A DNA stretch of 64,000 nucleotides from Myxococcota bacterium (GTDB lineage: Bacteria; Myxococcota_A; Bradymonadia; UBA7976; UBA1532), in contig JAKLJY010000020.1 of NCBI GenBank assembly GCA_023150895.1, positions 2,092-66,091 of the forward strand, given 5' to 3'. The position numbers and the translations under genes were made by a program. The notes beneath the pieces were generated by a model. That model ran no database searches. It saw nothing but the letters and a program-made list of their open reading frames with translations, and was not told the origin of the DNA. The stretch's first letter is position 1. Each line of letters starts with the position of its first letter. Positions 46,938 to 57,228 of this stretch are shown here, piece after piece.

Positions 46938-49121
46938 TCAGTGGGCCCGACTGGCCTGGGGCGCCGTCGTCTCGACGCCCACCTGCGAGTAGGCGACGGA
47001 CCGGTTTCGCCCGTCTTGTTTCGCCTTATAGAGCGCCTTGTCGGCGTTGTCCGTGAGTTCTTTGGGTACCCCCCCGTCCCGCGGGAAGGCGGCGAGCCCC
47101 ACGGAGAGGGTGACCTGCACCGTCGTCCCCTGGGAGTCGAACGTCAGCGCCTCGACGTCCCGGCGGATGCGCTCGGCGAGCTGGAACGCGCCGTCCTCGC
47201 CCGCGTCCTCGAGCAGGACGGCGAACTCTTCGCCACCATACCGCGCCGCGAGGTCGACCTTGCGTACGGCTCGCCCGACCACCTGTGCGACCTGGCGCAA
47301 CACCTCGTCGCCGAAGGTGTGGCCGTAGTTGTCGTTGAGCTTCTTGAAATGGTCGATGTCGGTCAGCAGGAGGGCCATCCGCCCTTCCGTTCGCTCCGCG
47401 CGCGAGAGCATGGTCTCGATGCGTTCGTCGAAGACCCGTCGAAGGGCGAGGCCCGTGAGGCCGTCGTGTGTCGCGAGATCGCGCAGTTTCTCGTGCGCTC
47501 GGGCGAGATCGAACTTGGTCGCCAGGTTCGTGGCGATGAGTTCGAGGACCTTCTGCTGTTGGGGCGAGAACAGACCGGCCTCGCGGCTTCCGACCGTCAG
47601 CGCCCCGACGACCGGCATGCCGGGCTCGGCATCGGGGGGGCAAAGCGGAATCACGAGGAGCGACCGGAGGTCTCCGAGGCGATCGGACGCGGTGAAGATG
47701 GGTTGCACGCCACGATAGTCGCCCCCATGGGGCAGCACGACCCGCTTGGAGACCGCCTGCCCCGTCAACCCCTCCTCCAGCGTAAAGCGCAGGCCCTGGA
47801 AGCGGTCCGCGTGGATGCCGTCGGCGTGAACGATGTTCAGAATCTCGCGATCGAAGAGCGAGATCGCCACCAGGTCGACCGCAAACAGCGTCTTCACGGC
47901 CTTCGTCGCCGCGCGGGCGACACCGTCGAGCCCGAGCTGCGCGTTGAGCTCCCGGAGCACGACGACGAACCGGCTCATCGTCGCCCGGTCGTGCTCCGAC
48001 TGCTTCAGCACACGCCCGCAGGCCACATCGAGCGCGATCTTGCGGGCCGTCTGCCGAACGACGGCCCGCTCGGCGTCGGAGAACCGATCCGTGGCGTCGC
48101 GGTCGACGCAGAGCACCCCGTCGACGCCGGTGTCCTGCGCCTCCGTCGCGCCCACCCGGTGCGGGATCGCCACGGCGAACAGCCCGCCGACCACGGCCCC
48201 GTCGCCGTAGTAGGGGAGCATCGGGTACCCGGCACGCACGGGGGCGACCTGCATCTCGCGGACTTCTTCGCGCAGGAGCGTAGCCGGAATGCCGACCCCC
48301 GGCGCGAACGGCCCCTGCCGCACATCCGGTCGCCGCGTCGACAGGCCCCGCAGGTGAAGCTCGGCGAGCTCGCGGTTGTGCCAGAGGACGGCGGCCGTGC
48401 CCAGATCCAGCGAGCCACGCAGGATCTCGAGCTGCAGACCGACGGACTGTTCCACGAAGTCGAGCGCCTGTCGGCCGCCGACGTGCGTCCCCGTCGGCTC
48501 CTCCAGGGAGGGCATCCGAGGCAACGCCTCGGCCTGCCGGGTGTGAACGCCGAAGTCCTCGGCCCGCGTCCGGACTTCGGCATCGGCCGCGGCCCGAGCC
48601 CGTGCCTGCGCGCGTTCGACCATCCAGCGCTGGTAGCTGCCGAGCCGCGAGAAGGCAAAACACGAGAGGCCGTACAGAACGACGTGGACGAGCAATGCTC
48701 CGCTGGTCTGCAAGCCGACGAGCGTGAGACCGAGCTCCACGAGCAGCACGACTCCGAGGGCGAACGACCGCACCCGGGACGGCGTCGTCGCGAAAAGGAA
48801 GCCCGCGAGGCCGACCGGCAGCGTCTCGAGCTCCGGCACCCCCGAGGTGCGGCTGATCGCGAGCGCGAGGACCAGCCAGAGTGCGGGTCCTTCGTACGGA
48901 CCGAGGGCCCGCTGCTCGACGCGCCCCGCCGCCCGATTTCGCGCGTCGAGCGCCGCGACACCGAGCATGGCCCAGAGCAGCACCCACCGCAGCCACCAGA
49001 CCGCGCTCGGCTCGAACGCCCCCAGCACGATCGAGAGACCGCCCGCCGCGGCGGTGCCCATGACGAAGATCTCGTCGACCCGCTGCAGCGGCGGCGCCGC
49101 CACGCGCCCCCGCCGTTTCAC
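46938..49121 (-). CDS. Membrane-anchored diguanylate cyclase (GGDEF) with GAF domains
   Basis: N-terminal multi-TM region, two GAF-like segments, C-terminal GGDEF with an intact RYGGEEF active-site motif. Confidence 0.85.
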   Translation of the reverse strand: MKRRGRVAAPPLQRVDEIFVMGTAAAGGLSIVLGAFEPSAVWWLRWVLLWAMLGVAALDARNRAAGRVEQRALGPYEGPALWLVLALAISRTSGVPELETLPVGLAGFLFATTPSRVRSFALGVVLLVELGLTLVGLQTSGALLVHVVLYGLSCFAFSRLGSYQRWMVERAQARARAAADAEVRTRAEDFGVHTRQAEALPRMPSLEEPTGTHVGGRQALDFVEQSVGLQLEILRGSLDLGTAAVLWHNRELAELHLRGLSTRRPDVRQGPFAPGVGIPATLLREEVREMQVAPVRAGYPMLPYYGDGAVVGGLFAVAIPHRVGATEAQDTGVDGVLCVDRDATDRFSDAERAVVRQTARKIALDVACGRVLKQSEHDRATMSRFVVVLRELNAQLGLDGVARAATKAVKTLFAVDLVAISLFDREILNIVHADGIHADRFQGLRFTLEEGLTGQAVSKRVVLPHGGDYRGVQPIFTASDRLGDLRSLLVIPLCPPDAEPGMPVVGALTVGSREAGLFSPQQQKVLELIATNLATKFDLARAHEKLRDLATHDGLTGLALRRVFDERIETMLSRAERTEGRMALLLTDIDHFKKLNDNYGHTFGDEVLRQVAQVVGRAVRKVDLAARYGGEEFAVLLEDAGEDGAFQLAERIRRDVEALTFDSQGTTVQVTLSVGLAAFPRDGGVPKELTDNADKALYKAKQDGRNRSVAYSQVGVETTAPQASRAH

Positions 49122-49453
49122 GGCGTGCGACCGGCCGGTGGCTCCACCGGCGACGGCGCCGGGAACTGATAGACCACCTCACCCGGGCGAACCATGCCGA
49201 GCGAGGTGCGCGCATGGTGCACGCTCTCGGCGTCCTCCGAACGCAGCCGGGCGATCTCGGACTCGAGTGCTGCGTTGTCGGTTTCGAGACGACGGTTGCG
49301 GGCCTCGAGCCGCGAGAGTTCCTCGGAGAGGCTCTGATTGCGGGCCACGAGCTCGGGGTCGAGCGTCAGTCGGTAGAACCCGTAGACGGCCGCGACCAGC
49401 GCGCCGACCACCGCGGCGGACTGAAGCCAGCGTTTCCAGTGCGTGAACGACAT
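49118..49453 (-). CDS. ftsB: Cell division protein FtsB (DivIC/septum formation initiator family)
   Basis: MSFTHWKRWLQSAAVVGALVAAVYGFY (TM), coiled coil LSEELSRLEARNRRLETDNAALESEIARLR, LGMVRPGEVVYQF motif; stop overlaps the GGDEF start (ATGA). Confidence 0.7.
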   Translation of the reverse strand: MSFTHWKRWLQSAAVVGALVAAVYGFYRLTLDPELVARNQSLSEELSRLEARNRRLETDNAALESEIARLRSEDAESVHHARTSLGMVRPGEVVYQFPAPSPVEPPAGRTP

Positions 49454-49529
49454 CGAACCTCCGGACGTCGTCGCGTACCATCTTTCCCGGGGCGGGAAAA
49501 GGGGTAGATGTCGGTTTGTGTGGTAAGGC

Positions 49530-50105
49530 TCAGCGCGCGGCGGACAGGAGCGGGGCAAGTCGCGCCTTCAGGTGCTCGTAGGGCACGACCCCCTGGAAGC
49601 TCTCGACGTGCCGCCCCCCGGCGTCCACCAGAAACGTCGCCGGGATGGCCGGCACCGGGCCGAAGGGCGTCTGTCCGTGCAGCATCCGCTCATCGGCCAG
49701 CAGCACCGGATAGTCGAGTCCCCGGACCTCGAGGAAGACCGGCAACAGCTTCTTGCCGTCGAGGTCGAGCGCCACGCCCACGATGGCCAGGTCGCCGGCA
49801 TCGGCGTGCGCCCGAGCGAGCGTGTTCAGGTTCTGAAACTCCGCCTCGCACGGCGCGCACCAGGTCGTGAAGAAGTGCACCACCACGGGCCGCCCGCGAA
49901 AATCGGAGAGGCGAACGGGTTGCCCGCCGCGGGCGTCGGCGAGTTCGAAGTCCACCGTCGATGCGGTTCTCCCCCCCGGTCCCTCGACCGGAGGCGGCGC
50001 GGGCACCGCGCGGGGGCCGCCGCACGCCGCGATGAACACGAGCGCGGTCGACATGCAAACCAGCAGGCCCGGGCGGGCGAGCGATACGTTGACGGTCGGC
50101 GGCAT
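49530..50105 (-). CDS. TlpA/ResA-like thiol:disulfide oxidoreductase lipoprotein
   Basis: Lipobox ALVFIAACGG; thioredoxin-fold active site WCAPC. Confidence 0.75.
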   Translation of the reverse strand: MPPTVNVSLARPGLLVCMSTALVFIAACGGPRAVPAPPPVEGPGGRTASTVDFELADARGGQPVRLSDFRGRPVVVHFFTTWCAPCEAEFQNLNTLARAHADAGDLAIVGVALDLDGKKLLPVFLEVRGLDYPVLLADERMLHGQTPFGPVPAIPATFLVDAGGRHVESFQGVVPYEHLKARLAPLLSAAR

Positions 50106-50245
50106 CGCGGCGGAGTATGCACGCGGCCCCGGGGCGAGTAAACCGACCGACCCGGGAACGTGGCCGCCGGCAGGTCGGGTTGATCCTGTCACATTTCCGG
50201 GGCCTTGCGCCCCGACACCCACGGTCGAGCCCACACGAGCCTTCG

Positions 50246-51121
50246 ATGCCCTCCCCCTCCACGCCCCCCTTCCGCTTCTTGCTCAGGCCGCCCCGGGCGT
50301 GGCTCGGCGCCGTACTGTTGGCGCTCGGCGCCTGCACGGACGCCGACATCCGTCGTGGCGACGACGCGTTGGGGCTCGGGCAGTACGACGAGGCGATCGG
50401 CGCCTACGAGTCGGCCCGCCGCCGGTTGCCCGCCGAGCAGACGCCCGTCGACCGCCTCGCGTCCGCCCATCGGGCGCTCGCAGCGACCCTCATGGAGCGG
50501 GGCCGGTGCAGCGACGCGCGCAGCCACTTCGAGCTCGCGGCGGCCCTGACCAGACCACTGCTCGTCGATCACCAGCAGCTCTACGAGTGCGACGTCGCCC
50601 GAAACGTGCCGAAGGAGGAGCTCGTCGCCGACCTCGTCCGCCTCCTCGAACTCGGCGACCGGCGCGCGTCGGTGCTCCGCAAGCTCATGCACGTCGAGAT
50701 CGAACTGGGGCGCGATGCGGACGCCGCCGAACGGCTCGCCCTGCTCGAGAAGCGCTCCGCGATCACCCTCGACGAGCGCCGGCTCCTGGCCCAGGTCTTC
50801 TTGCGGCTCGACCGGCGCCGGGAGGCGTTCGACCACCTCAAGGCGACGATCGCCCTCTCCCCGCACGACCCGATCCTCCGCCTCAAGCTCGCAGAGCTCG
50901 CCGAGGACAACGACGACGGGCCGCTCGCGAGGACGATCTACGAAGCCCTGGCGGTGGAGTTTCCGCAGAACCCGCTGACCTGGCTGCGGCTCGCGGCGTT
51001 CCGCTCCCGGACGGGAGACGCGGAGGGGGCGCGACAGGCCCAGGCACGGGCCGACGCCCTGCGCACGGGGCATCTGCCGCCGCCCCAGGAGATGCGCCCT
51101 CTGCGAAAGAGCCGGCGCTGA
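50246..51121 (+). CDS. TPR-repeat lipoprotein
   Basis: Lipobox AVLLALGACTD; TPR-like helical repeats (YDEAIGAYESARRRLP...). Confidence 0.6.
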   Translation: MPSPSTPPFRFLLRPPRAWLGAVLLALGACTDADIRRGDDALGLGQYDEAIGAYESARRRLPAEQTPVDRLASAHRALAATLMERGRCSDARSHFELAAALTRPLLVDHQQLYECDVARNVPKEELVADLVRLLELGDRRASVLRKLMHVEIELGRDADAAERLALLEKRSAITLDERRLLAQVFLRLDRRREAFDHLKATIALSPHDPILRLKLAELAEDNDDGPLARTIYEALAVEFPQNPLTWLRLAAFRSRTGDAEGARQAQARADALRTGHLPPPQEMRPLRKSRR

Positions 51122-51133
51122 CGCTCCTCGCCG

Positions 51134-54049
51134 TCAGGGATCGAACGACACGCCCGAAGCGCTGTACGAGTGGCGTGACCAGTACCCGAGGTCTTCGTAG
51201 GTGAAGTCGTCGAAGCGGAGGCCGCGCTCGGCGATGAAAGGCACGATCTGCAGCAGCATGGTGCCGTCGACGAGGCCCCCCGGTACGACGGCCGCCGGCA
51301 GCTCGGGGAGTTCGAGGCGCGTCACGTCCCCGGGGACGATGTACGTCCAGAGCGGGAGGCCGTCGGCGGAGTCGATGTTCAGGACGACGGCGTCCGGAAC
51401 GGTCGTCGGGGTGCCATCCGCCCCCTCGGCCCAGTGCCACTCGACGACCCGCTCCGGGCCGAGGGGAAGCTCGGCCGAAGGACGGTCGATGAGGGCGAGG
51501 CTCGAGATCGGGCCCACGTCGAGGCCGGCCGTGACGTCCCGCGTGTGCTCGGTCGTGACCGTGTATGGCAGACGAATCTGAAGTTGCTGGCCCGAGTGCC
51601 CCCAGAGGATCCACTCGTAGCGGATGTCGTCGTCCCAGGCGCGGATGTCCGGCAGGTGCGTGACGCTCAGGGCCGGCGTGTCCCCGAACCCCTTGCTATC
51701 GATCTCCCAGTAGCCTTCGGCCCCGAAATCGAGGAACGGCCACGCCTCGTAGACGTAGGGTTGCTCGGGAGCGCCTGCCGGCGGGTTGGCCTGCCGGATC
51801 GGCACTTCGAGGTCCATCGGGCGATCGATCTCGATGCGCAGGCCCTCGACCTCGGCGCCGGGGCTCAGACTCAGGAACCGCTGGAAGCCCATCGCGACCG
51901 GAATCATCGTCTCGTGAAGCTCCCAGTAGCGCAACACGCCGTCCCGGTAGAGGTCGTAGTCGGCCGACAGCACGATGCCGGCCGTCACGACTGCGGCCAT
52001 CTCGCCCGGTTTGGCAAAGATCTCGAACGGCCCGTCCTCGGGGAGGACCCCCCGCGGCTCACCGGGCAGGTTGACGCGCCGGTTGTAGGGCGAGGTGTGG
52101 GTCGTGTTGACGAACGCGAGCAGGACGTAAGGGTCCGTCGGCTTCGCCAGCAGGTCGAGCCCGACGATCTCGCCGGCAATCCGCGCGTTGGGGATTTCAC
52201 CGCCGCCCCCGCCGCCGTTCCCCGATGGCGGATTGTGCGGCACGAGGTAGACGGTCACGTTCTCGACCATCTGGCGCTCGACGGTGGTGCATTCGTAGTC
52301 GACGGCGCAGGCCGTGACGTTCTGGGGCGGCGTCACGACGCGCTCGGAGAGCACCACCTGCCCGTTGGCGTTGGTCGTGCCGAGCAACATCGCGCCGTCC
52401 GGGCCGTCCGAGGGGACACTCATCGCGACGGCGTCGGGGATGGGTTCGCCCGAGTAGGCGTCGAGCACCGTCACGTTCACCGCGCCGTCGATCGGCTCGC
52501 CGAAGACCCCGCCGAACCGGCTCGCCGGGCTGAAATACTCGAACGCCTCGGGCAGGAGGACGGTGTCGTCCGAGGTGGCCGCCGTCACGGCCACGAGGCC
52601 GGGCCGCCCGGGCGGGGTCATGGCCCAGATCAGGCCCGCGTCCACGAACTCGAGGACCCCGAACGGCTCGCCGTCGACGGTCAGGTTCATGTCCTCGGTG
52701 AAGCCCTCGCCCCGAATCTCGACCACGGTGCCACCCGGCACCGCGCCCCGGTTCGGCCGCAACGTGTAGATGTCGACCCGCTGATAGTAGGTCAGTCCGC
52801 CCGGCAGGACCTGCTCGGCACCGCCCTCGCGGACGACCACGTCCACCGCTCCGGCGGCATGCGCCGGCGCGGTGCACCGGAGGATGTTCGCATTGGTCCG
52901 CGTGCAGTCGAGCGGGGCCCCGTCGATCAGGACGACGGTCTCGTCCGTGAACCCGGCGCCGCCGATCTCGATGACGTCGCCCCCGGCCGACGAGATGCGT
53001 CCGGGAACGACCCCGAGCACGCCGAAGGCGGACGCGTCGGGATCCACGTAAAGGAACGCGTCCTGCCCGCGCCACGTGCCATTCACGTTCTCGAGGGCCA
53101 CATTGACGAGCCCGGGCCGTCCCGGAGGCGTCCGCACCACGAGGCGGGTGCGCCCGAGCTCGCTGCGCAGGACCTCGGCCTCGGCGTCGCCAAACGTCGC
53201 CCGCCCGCCGCCGACGAGGCCCGCGCCCCGAAGCCCCACCTCCGTGCCCCCGGCGACCGGCCCCCAACGGGGCTCGAGGTCGAGCACGACGAGGTCCTCG
53301 ACGTAGGTGTATCCGCCGGGCCGCCGGACTTCACCGAAGGCGTTCCGGACGAGCACCTCGACGGGCCCGGGTTCACCCGCCGGCACGACCGCCGTGAGGC
53401 GGTTTCCGTCGACGAACGTGCTGCGGGCGAGCGAGCCGCCGAAGCGGACCTCCGTGCCCTCGACGAACCCGTCGCCGTCGAGGGTGACCTCGGTGCCGCC
53501 CCGCGCGGGCCCCCGGTCCGGCGAAATCGTCGTGACGGTGACCGGCACGAAATAGGTGAACGCGTCCTCCGTCCGATGCGGGACGCCCCCGACGGACCAC
53601 CGCAGGGTCACGCTGATGTCGCCGGCGGCGAATCCCGCGGGCGTCACGCAATCGATGTGGTTCTCGTTGACGACGACGATCTCGAGGCAGTCGCGTTCGC
53701 CGATGTGGACGATCGTCCCTTCGAGGAAGCCCGTCCCCACGAGCCGAACGGAGGTGCCCCCCGAGAGCGGCCCGCTGTTCGGAATCAGGGAGTTCAAGCG
53801 AGGACCGCGTCGATCGGCGTCCTCCTCGGGCGGACCGGCGTCGTCGGGCCCCTGCCCCTCGCCGATGTCGGCGCCGCTGTTTTCCGGGCCGTCGGCGGGC
53901 AGGACGAGCCCCGTGTCGGCGGTCGGCGGGTCCCCCCCGGTCGGCTCGCTCTCGCAGGCGACGCCTCCCAGGCAGAGGATGACGGACAGCAGTCGGGCCA
54001 GCGCGGAGACGCGCCACACGCCGATGGAGTTCATGCGCACCTGTGCCAT
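51134..54049 (-). CDS. Large lipoprotein with multiple IPT/TIG (Ig-like) domains
   Basis: Lipobox LLSVILCLGGVACESE; at least 6 repeats of the P..GP..GGT.V.L.G.GF pattern (IPT/TIG). Confidence 0.65.
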   Translation of the reverse strand: MAQVRMNSIGVWRVSALARLLSVILCLGGVACESEPTGGDPPTADTGLVLPADGPENSGADIGEGQGPDDAGPPEEDADRRGPRLNSLIPNSGPLSGGTSVRLVGTGFLEGTIVHIGERDCLEIVVVNENHIDCVTPAGFAAGDISVTLRWSVGGVPHRTEDAFTYFVPVTVTTISPDRGPARGGTEVTLDGDGFVEGTEVRFGGSLARSTFVDGNRLTAVVPAGEPGPVEVLVRNAFGEVRRPGGYTYVEDLVVLDLEPRWGPVAGGTEVGLRGAGLVGGGRATFGDAEAEVLRSELGRTRLVVRTPPGRPGLVNVALENVNGTWRGQDAFLYVDPDASAFGVLGVVPGRISSAGGDVIEIGGAGFTDETVVLIDGAPLDCTRTNANILRCTAPAHAAGAVDVVVREGGAEQVLPGGLTYYQRVDIYTLRPNRGAVPGGTVVEIRGEGFTEDMNLTVDGEPFGVLEFVDAGLIWAMTPPGRPGLVAVTAATSDDTVLLPEAFEYFSPASRFGGVFGEPIDGAVNVTVLDAYSGEPIPDAVAMSVPSDGPDGAMLLGTTNANGQVVLSERVVTPPQNVTACAVDYECTTVERQMVENVTVYLVPHNPPSGNGGGGGGEIPNARIAGEIVGLDLLAKPTDPYVLLAFVNTTHTSPYNRRVNLPGEPRGVLPEDGPFEIFAKPGEMAAVVTAGIVLSADYDLYRDGVLRYWELHETMIPVAMGFQRFLSLSPGAEVEGLRIEIDRPMDLEVPIRQANPPAGAPEQPYVYEAWPFLDFGAEGYWEIDSKGFGDTPALSVTHLPDIRAWDDDIRYEWILWGHSGQQLQIRLPYTVTTEHTRDVTAGLDVGPISSLALIDRPSAELPLGPERVVEWHWAEGADGTPTTVPDAVVLNIDSADGLPLWTYIVPGDVTRLELPELPAAVVPGGLVDGTMLLQIVPFIAERGLRFDDFTYEDLGYWSRHSYSASGVSFDP

Positions 54050-54118
54050 GCGTTCGGATCCTGACGTCGGACGGGACGGGGCGAGCGTAGCAAGTTTCGG
54101 GCCCGGAAGGGCCGATGT

Positions 54119-54709
54119 TCACGAAGCGGACGCCGCGCCGGGCGTTCGGGTCGCGAGCCACCGTTCCCAGGCGTCGACCGGACCGTCGCCGAGACACAGC
54201 CTGGACCGGCCACGCCGGAGGGCCTCGAAAAACCGTCGGACACCCTCCGTGTTTTCGAGCAAGCGCTCGTCCACCCGTGGGCAGTCGGGCCAACGGGCGG
54301 CGGCCCACGCCGCGAAGAGGCCGTCCGCGTCCGCCCGACCATCCACCGATGCGGACCCCACCGCGCAACTCGGCGACCGGCTCTTGAACACGAACGCTTC
54401 CGGGGATTCACCGTCGAGGCGGTCCGCGATGACTTTGAACGCATCTTCGAGCGTCGGCGTCACGTCGCGCCCGGAGACGAGCCCGATGACCCGCATCACG
54501 CCGCCCGGGCCGCGCCGCAGCTCGATGGGCTCTCGTGGGACGCCCAGGCCCGCCTCGAACTCCGGGCAGAACGGTAGACGCCGAATCATCGTCTCCGGGG
54601 CTTCGAGGAGCCACCCGGTCGTTTTGTGTCCGCCGTCGTACCGGACGGGCGCCCCCAGGAGGCAGCGGCTCACGGCGAGGACGAGCGGAGGCGCGGGGTT
54701 CGTCGGCAT
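54119..54709 (-). CDS. DUF523-family protein (TudS/2-thiouracil-desulfurase-like Fe-S protein family)
   Basis: LLGAPVRYDGGHK...CPE...GLGVPREPIEL conserved DUF523 core; start at MPTNPAPP. Confidence 0.55.
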   Translation of the reverse strand: MPTNPAPPLVLAVSRCLLGAPVRYDGGHKTTGWLLEAPETMIRRLPFCPEFEAGLGVPREPIELRRGPGGVMRVIGLVSGRDVTPTLEDAFKVIADRLDGESPEAFVFKSRSPSCAVGSASVDGRADADGLFAAWAAARWPDCPRVDERLLENTEGVRRFFEALRRGRSRLCLGDGPVDAWERWLATRTPGAASAS

Positions 54710-54786
54710 GCGCGCACGGTGCCGGCCGGCGCACAAACGCGCAACCGCCGTGTTCTCGCTTGCGCCGCCCGCCCCGGGCGGCAACG

Positions 54787-57228
54787 ATGCGCCCCGTGAA
54801 ACCGACCGTCCCCGAGAAGACGCTGACGCACCTCGAATGGCACCGCGTCCGCGAACGCCTGGCCCACCACTGTCGCGGTCCCCTCGCGCACGCCCGCGCG
54901 CTCGCCCTCGATTTCGCGGCCGACGCCGCTGAACTCGACCAACGGCAACGTCTCGTGGCCGAGGCCCGTCGGCTCTTCGACGGCGGGCGCTCGCCCCCCG
55001 TCGGAGAGGTCCCCGATGTCCGGGCCGTCGCCGGCCTCGCCGCCCGGGGCGGGGTCCTCGAGCCCGATGCGTTGTCCGCCGTCGGCCTGGTGCTCGAAAT
55101 GGCCGCTCGGTGTCATCGGTATCTGGACGATCTGCGCGCCGAGGTTCCGACGTTGGCCGCCGAGGGTGATGCGCTCCCCCGACGCATCGATCTGGCCCGT
55201 TCGCTGCTCGAGGCCATCGACGAACGCGGTCAGCTCGCGGATGGCGCGAGTGGCGAGCTCGGTCATCTCCGGCAGCGCGTCACCCAGTTGCACGTTCAAC
55301 TGAAAGCGCGCATCGACGGGTTGGTGTCCGATCCGGAGGTCGGCGCCATGCTCCAGGACGAATACTACACGATTCGCGAAGACCGCTACGTCCTGCCGGT
55401 CCGCTCGGGCCACAAGAACCATGTCCCCGGCATCGTCCACGGGTGGTCCCAGACGGCACAGACGGTCTTCATCGAGCCACAGGCGGTCGTCGAGGCCAAC
55501 AACGCACTGCGATTTGCGCAGGCGGACGTCGAGCGGGAGGTCCAGCGCATTCTGACCCGGCTCTCGGCCCGGGTCGGCGAGGCCGCAGACGAAATCGTCC
55601 GTGCGGTCGAGCACCTCGCCGTCCTGGATTTGGCCCTCGCGGCTGCCGCGCTCTCGGGCGAGATGGATGCCACGGCGCCGCTGATCACGGACGATGCGTC
55701 GCTGGCCCTGCGCCGCGCCCGTCACCCGCTGCTCGTTCTCGAGGGCGTGCCGGTCGTCCCCAACGACCTCCAGCTCGGCGGGGGGCAACGCGCTCTCGTC
55801 ATCACGGGACCGAATACGGGCGGGAAGACGGTCGCACTGAAGACGGCGGGTCTCTGCGTCGTGATGGCCCTCTGCGGCCTTCACATCCCCTGCGGCTTCG
55901 ACAGCGTCGTCCCGCGCGTACCGGGGCTCTTCACGGACATCGGCGACGAGCAGAGCCTCCAGGCGCACCTCTCGACCTTCAGCGGGCATGTGGCCAACCT
56001 GCGGGCCATCCTCGATGCCCTCCTGCCCGGGGGCCTCGTCCTGCTCGACGAACTCGTCGTCGGGACTGATCCCGTGCAGGGCTCGGCCCTGGCGCAGGCC
56101 ATCGCGGAAGCGCTCGTCGACCGCGGCGCCCTGGCCATCATCACGACGCACTATGAGGGGTTGAAGGCGCTGCCGTTCACCGATCCCCGGTTCCGGAACG
56201 GCGCCATGGGCATCGACGGCGACGGTCGCGTCCCGACGTATCGGCTGCGCCTCGACGTCCCCGGCACGTCTTCGGCCCTGGTGACCGCGCGCCGGCTCGG
56301 GCTCGACCCGGCCATCGTCGATCGGGCCGAAGGCCTGGCCGGGGCACAGCATCGCAGCCTCGAAGCCGTACTCACGCGCCTCGAACGCGACGCGGAGGCG
56401 GCGCGTCAGGCACGGGACGCCGTCGAGGCCGACCGGCGTCAGACGGAGAAGGCGCGCCGCGCCGCCGAAGATCTCGAGCGGATGTGGCGGGAGCGGCTCA
56501 AGGCCGGTCTCCAGAAGGAACGTTCGGCGGCGTTGACCGAGGCCCGTCGGCTGCGGGACGAGATCCGACGACTCAAGGCACAGCTCGAGGAGCCAGACGT
56601 GCGCAAGGACGCAAAGAAGCTCGCGGACCAGAAGAGCCGCGCCGAGAAGATCATCGAGAAGGTGGTCGCCCAGGAGGACGCGGCACGCGCCGCGCAGGCG
56701 GGGCCGGCCGTCGACGCCGCTGCGCTGACGCCCGGTCTCCGGGTGTACGTCGTTTCCCTCGGGTGCGAGGGCGTCGTGGAGCGGGGGCCGGATGGCCGCG
56801 GCAAGGTCGACGTCCGCGCGGGCCTCCTGGCGATGAAGCTCGACGCCACCGATCTGCGCCTCGCCGGCGACAAACCGCGGAACCCCGAGAACGTCGGCTC
56901 CGGCGGGTCGGGCCGTCCCCCCCCGAGCAAAGCCGCCCCGGTACGCACCGCCGCGAGCACCTGGGCCGAGGTCACGCCCCAGGCGCCGCACAATACGGTG
57001 GACGTCCGGGGGATGCGGACCCACGAGGCCATCGCGGTGACGGAGCGGTTCCTGGACGCACAGACGGAGAAGGAAGCAAACGTGGCCTACGTCATTCACG
57101 GGCACGGCACCGGCGCCTTGAAGAAAGAGCTGCGACAGTGGCTCCGGACGACCGGCTATGCGCGGGACTTCCGGCCCGGCGAGCCGCACCAGGGCGGCGA
57201 CGGCGTGACCGCGGTTCTCCTCACATGA
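54787..57228 (+). CDS. mutS2: Endonuclease MutS2 (MutS domains III-V plus C-terminal Smr)
   Basis: Walker A ITGPNTGGKTVALKT, DELVVGTDP, C-terminal Smr (TVDVRGMRTHEAI...YVIHGHGTGALK); start ATG 54787. Confidence 0.9.
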   Translation: MRPVKPTVPEKTLTHLEWHRVRERLAHHCRGPLAHARALALDFAADAAELDQRQRLVAEARRLFDGGRSPPVGEVPDVRAVAGLAARGGVLEPDALSAVGLVLEMAARCHRYLDDLRAEVPTLAAEGDALPRRIDLARSLLEAIDERGQLADGASGELGHLRQRVTQLHVQLKARIDGLVSDPEVGAMLQDEYYTIREDRYVLPVRSGHKNHVPGIVHGWSQTAQTVFIEPQAVVEANNALRFAQADVEREVQRILTRLSARVGEAADEIVRAVEHLAVLDLALAAAALSGEMDATAPLITDDASLALRRARHPLLVLEGVPVVPNDLQLGGGQRALVITGPNTGGKTVALKTAGLCVVMALCGLHIPCGFDSVVPRVPGLFTDIGDEQSLQAHLSTFSGHVANLRAILDALLPGGLVLLDELVVGTDPVQGSALAQAIAEALVDRGALAIITTHYEGLKALPFTDPRFRNGAMGIDGDGRVPTYRLRLDVPGTSSALVTARRLGLDPAIVDRAEGLAGAQHRSLEAVLTRLERDAEAARQARDAVEADRRQTEKARRAAEDLERMWRERLKAGLQKERSAALTEARRLRDEIRRLKAQLEEPDVRKDAKKLADQKSRAEKIIEKVVAQEDAARAAQAGPAVDAAALTPGLRVYVVSLGCEGVVERGPDGRGKVDVRAGLLAMKLDATDLRLAGDKPRNPENVGSGGSGRPPPSKAAPVRTAASTWAEVTPQAPHNTVDVRGMRTHEAIAVTERFLDAQTEKEANVAYVIHGHGTGALKKELRQWLRTTGYARDFRPGEPHQGGDGVTAVLLT

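Noticed and set aside
46443-49215. Plus-strand 908-aa and alternative minus-frame 729-aa ORFs overlapping the GGDEF gene
   Set aside because: Only the 46938-49121 minus frame yields GAF/GGDEF motifs (RYGGEEF); the others are compositionally biased shadows.
51434-54064. 876-aa plus-strand ORF antisense to the IPT/TIG lipoprotein
   Set aside because: Antisense shadow; the minus strand has a lipobox and repeated IPT/TIG pattern.
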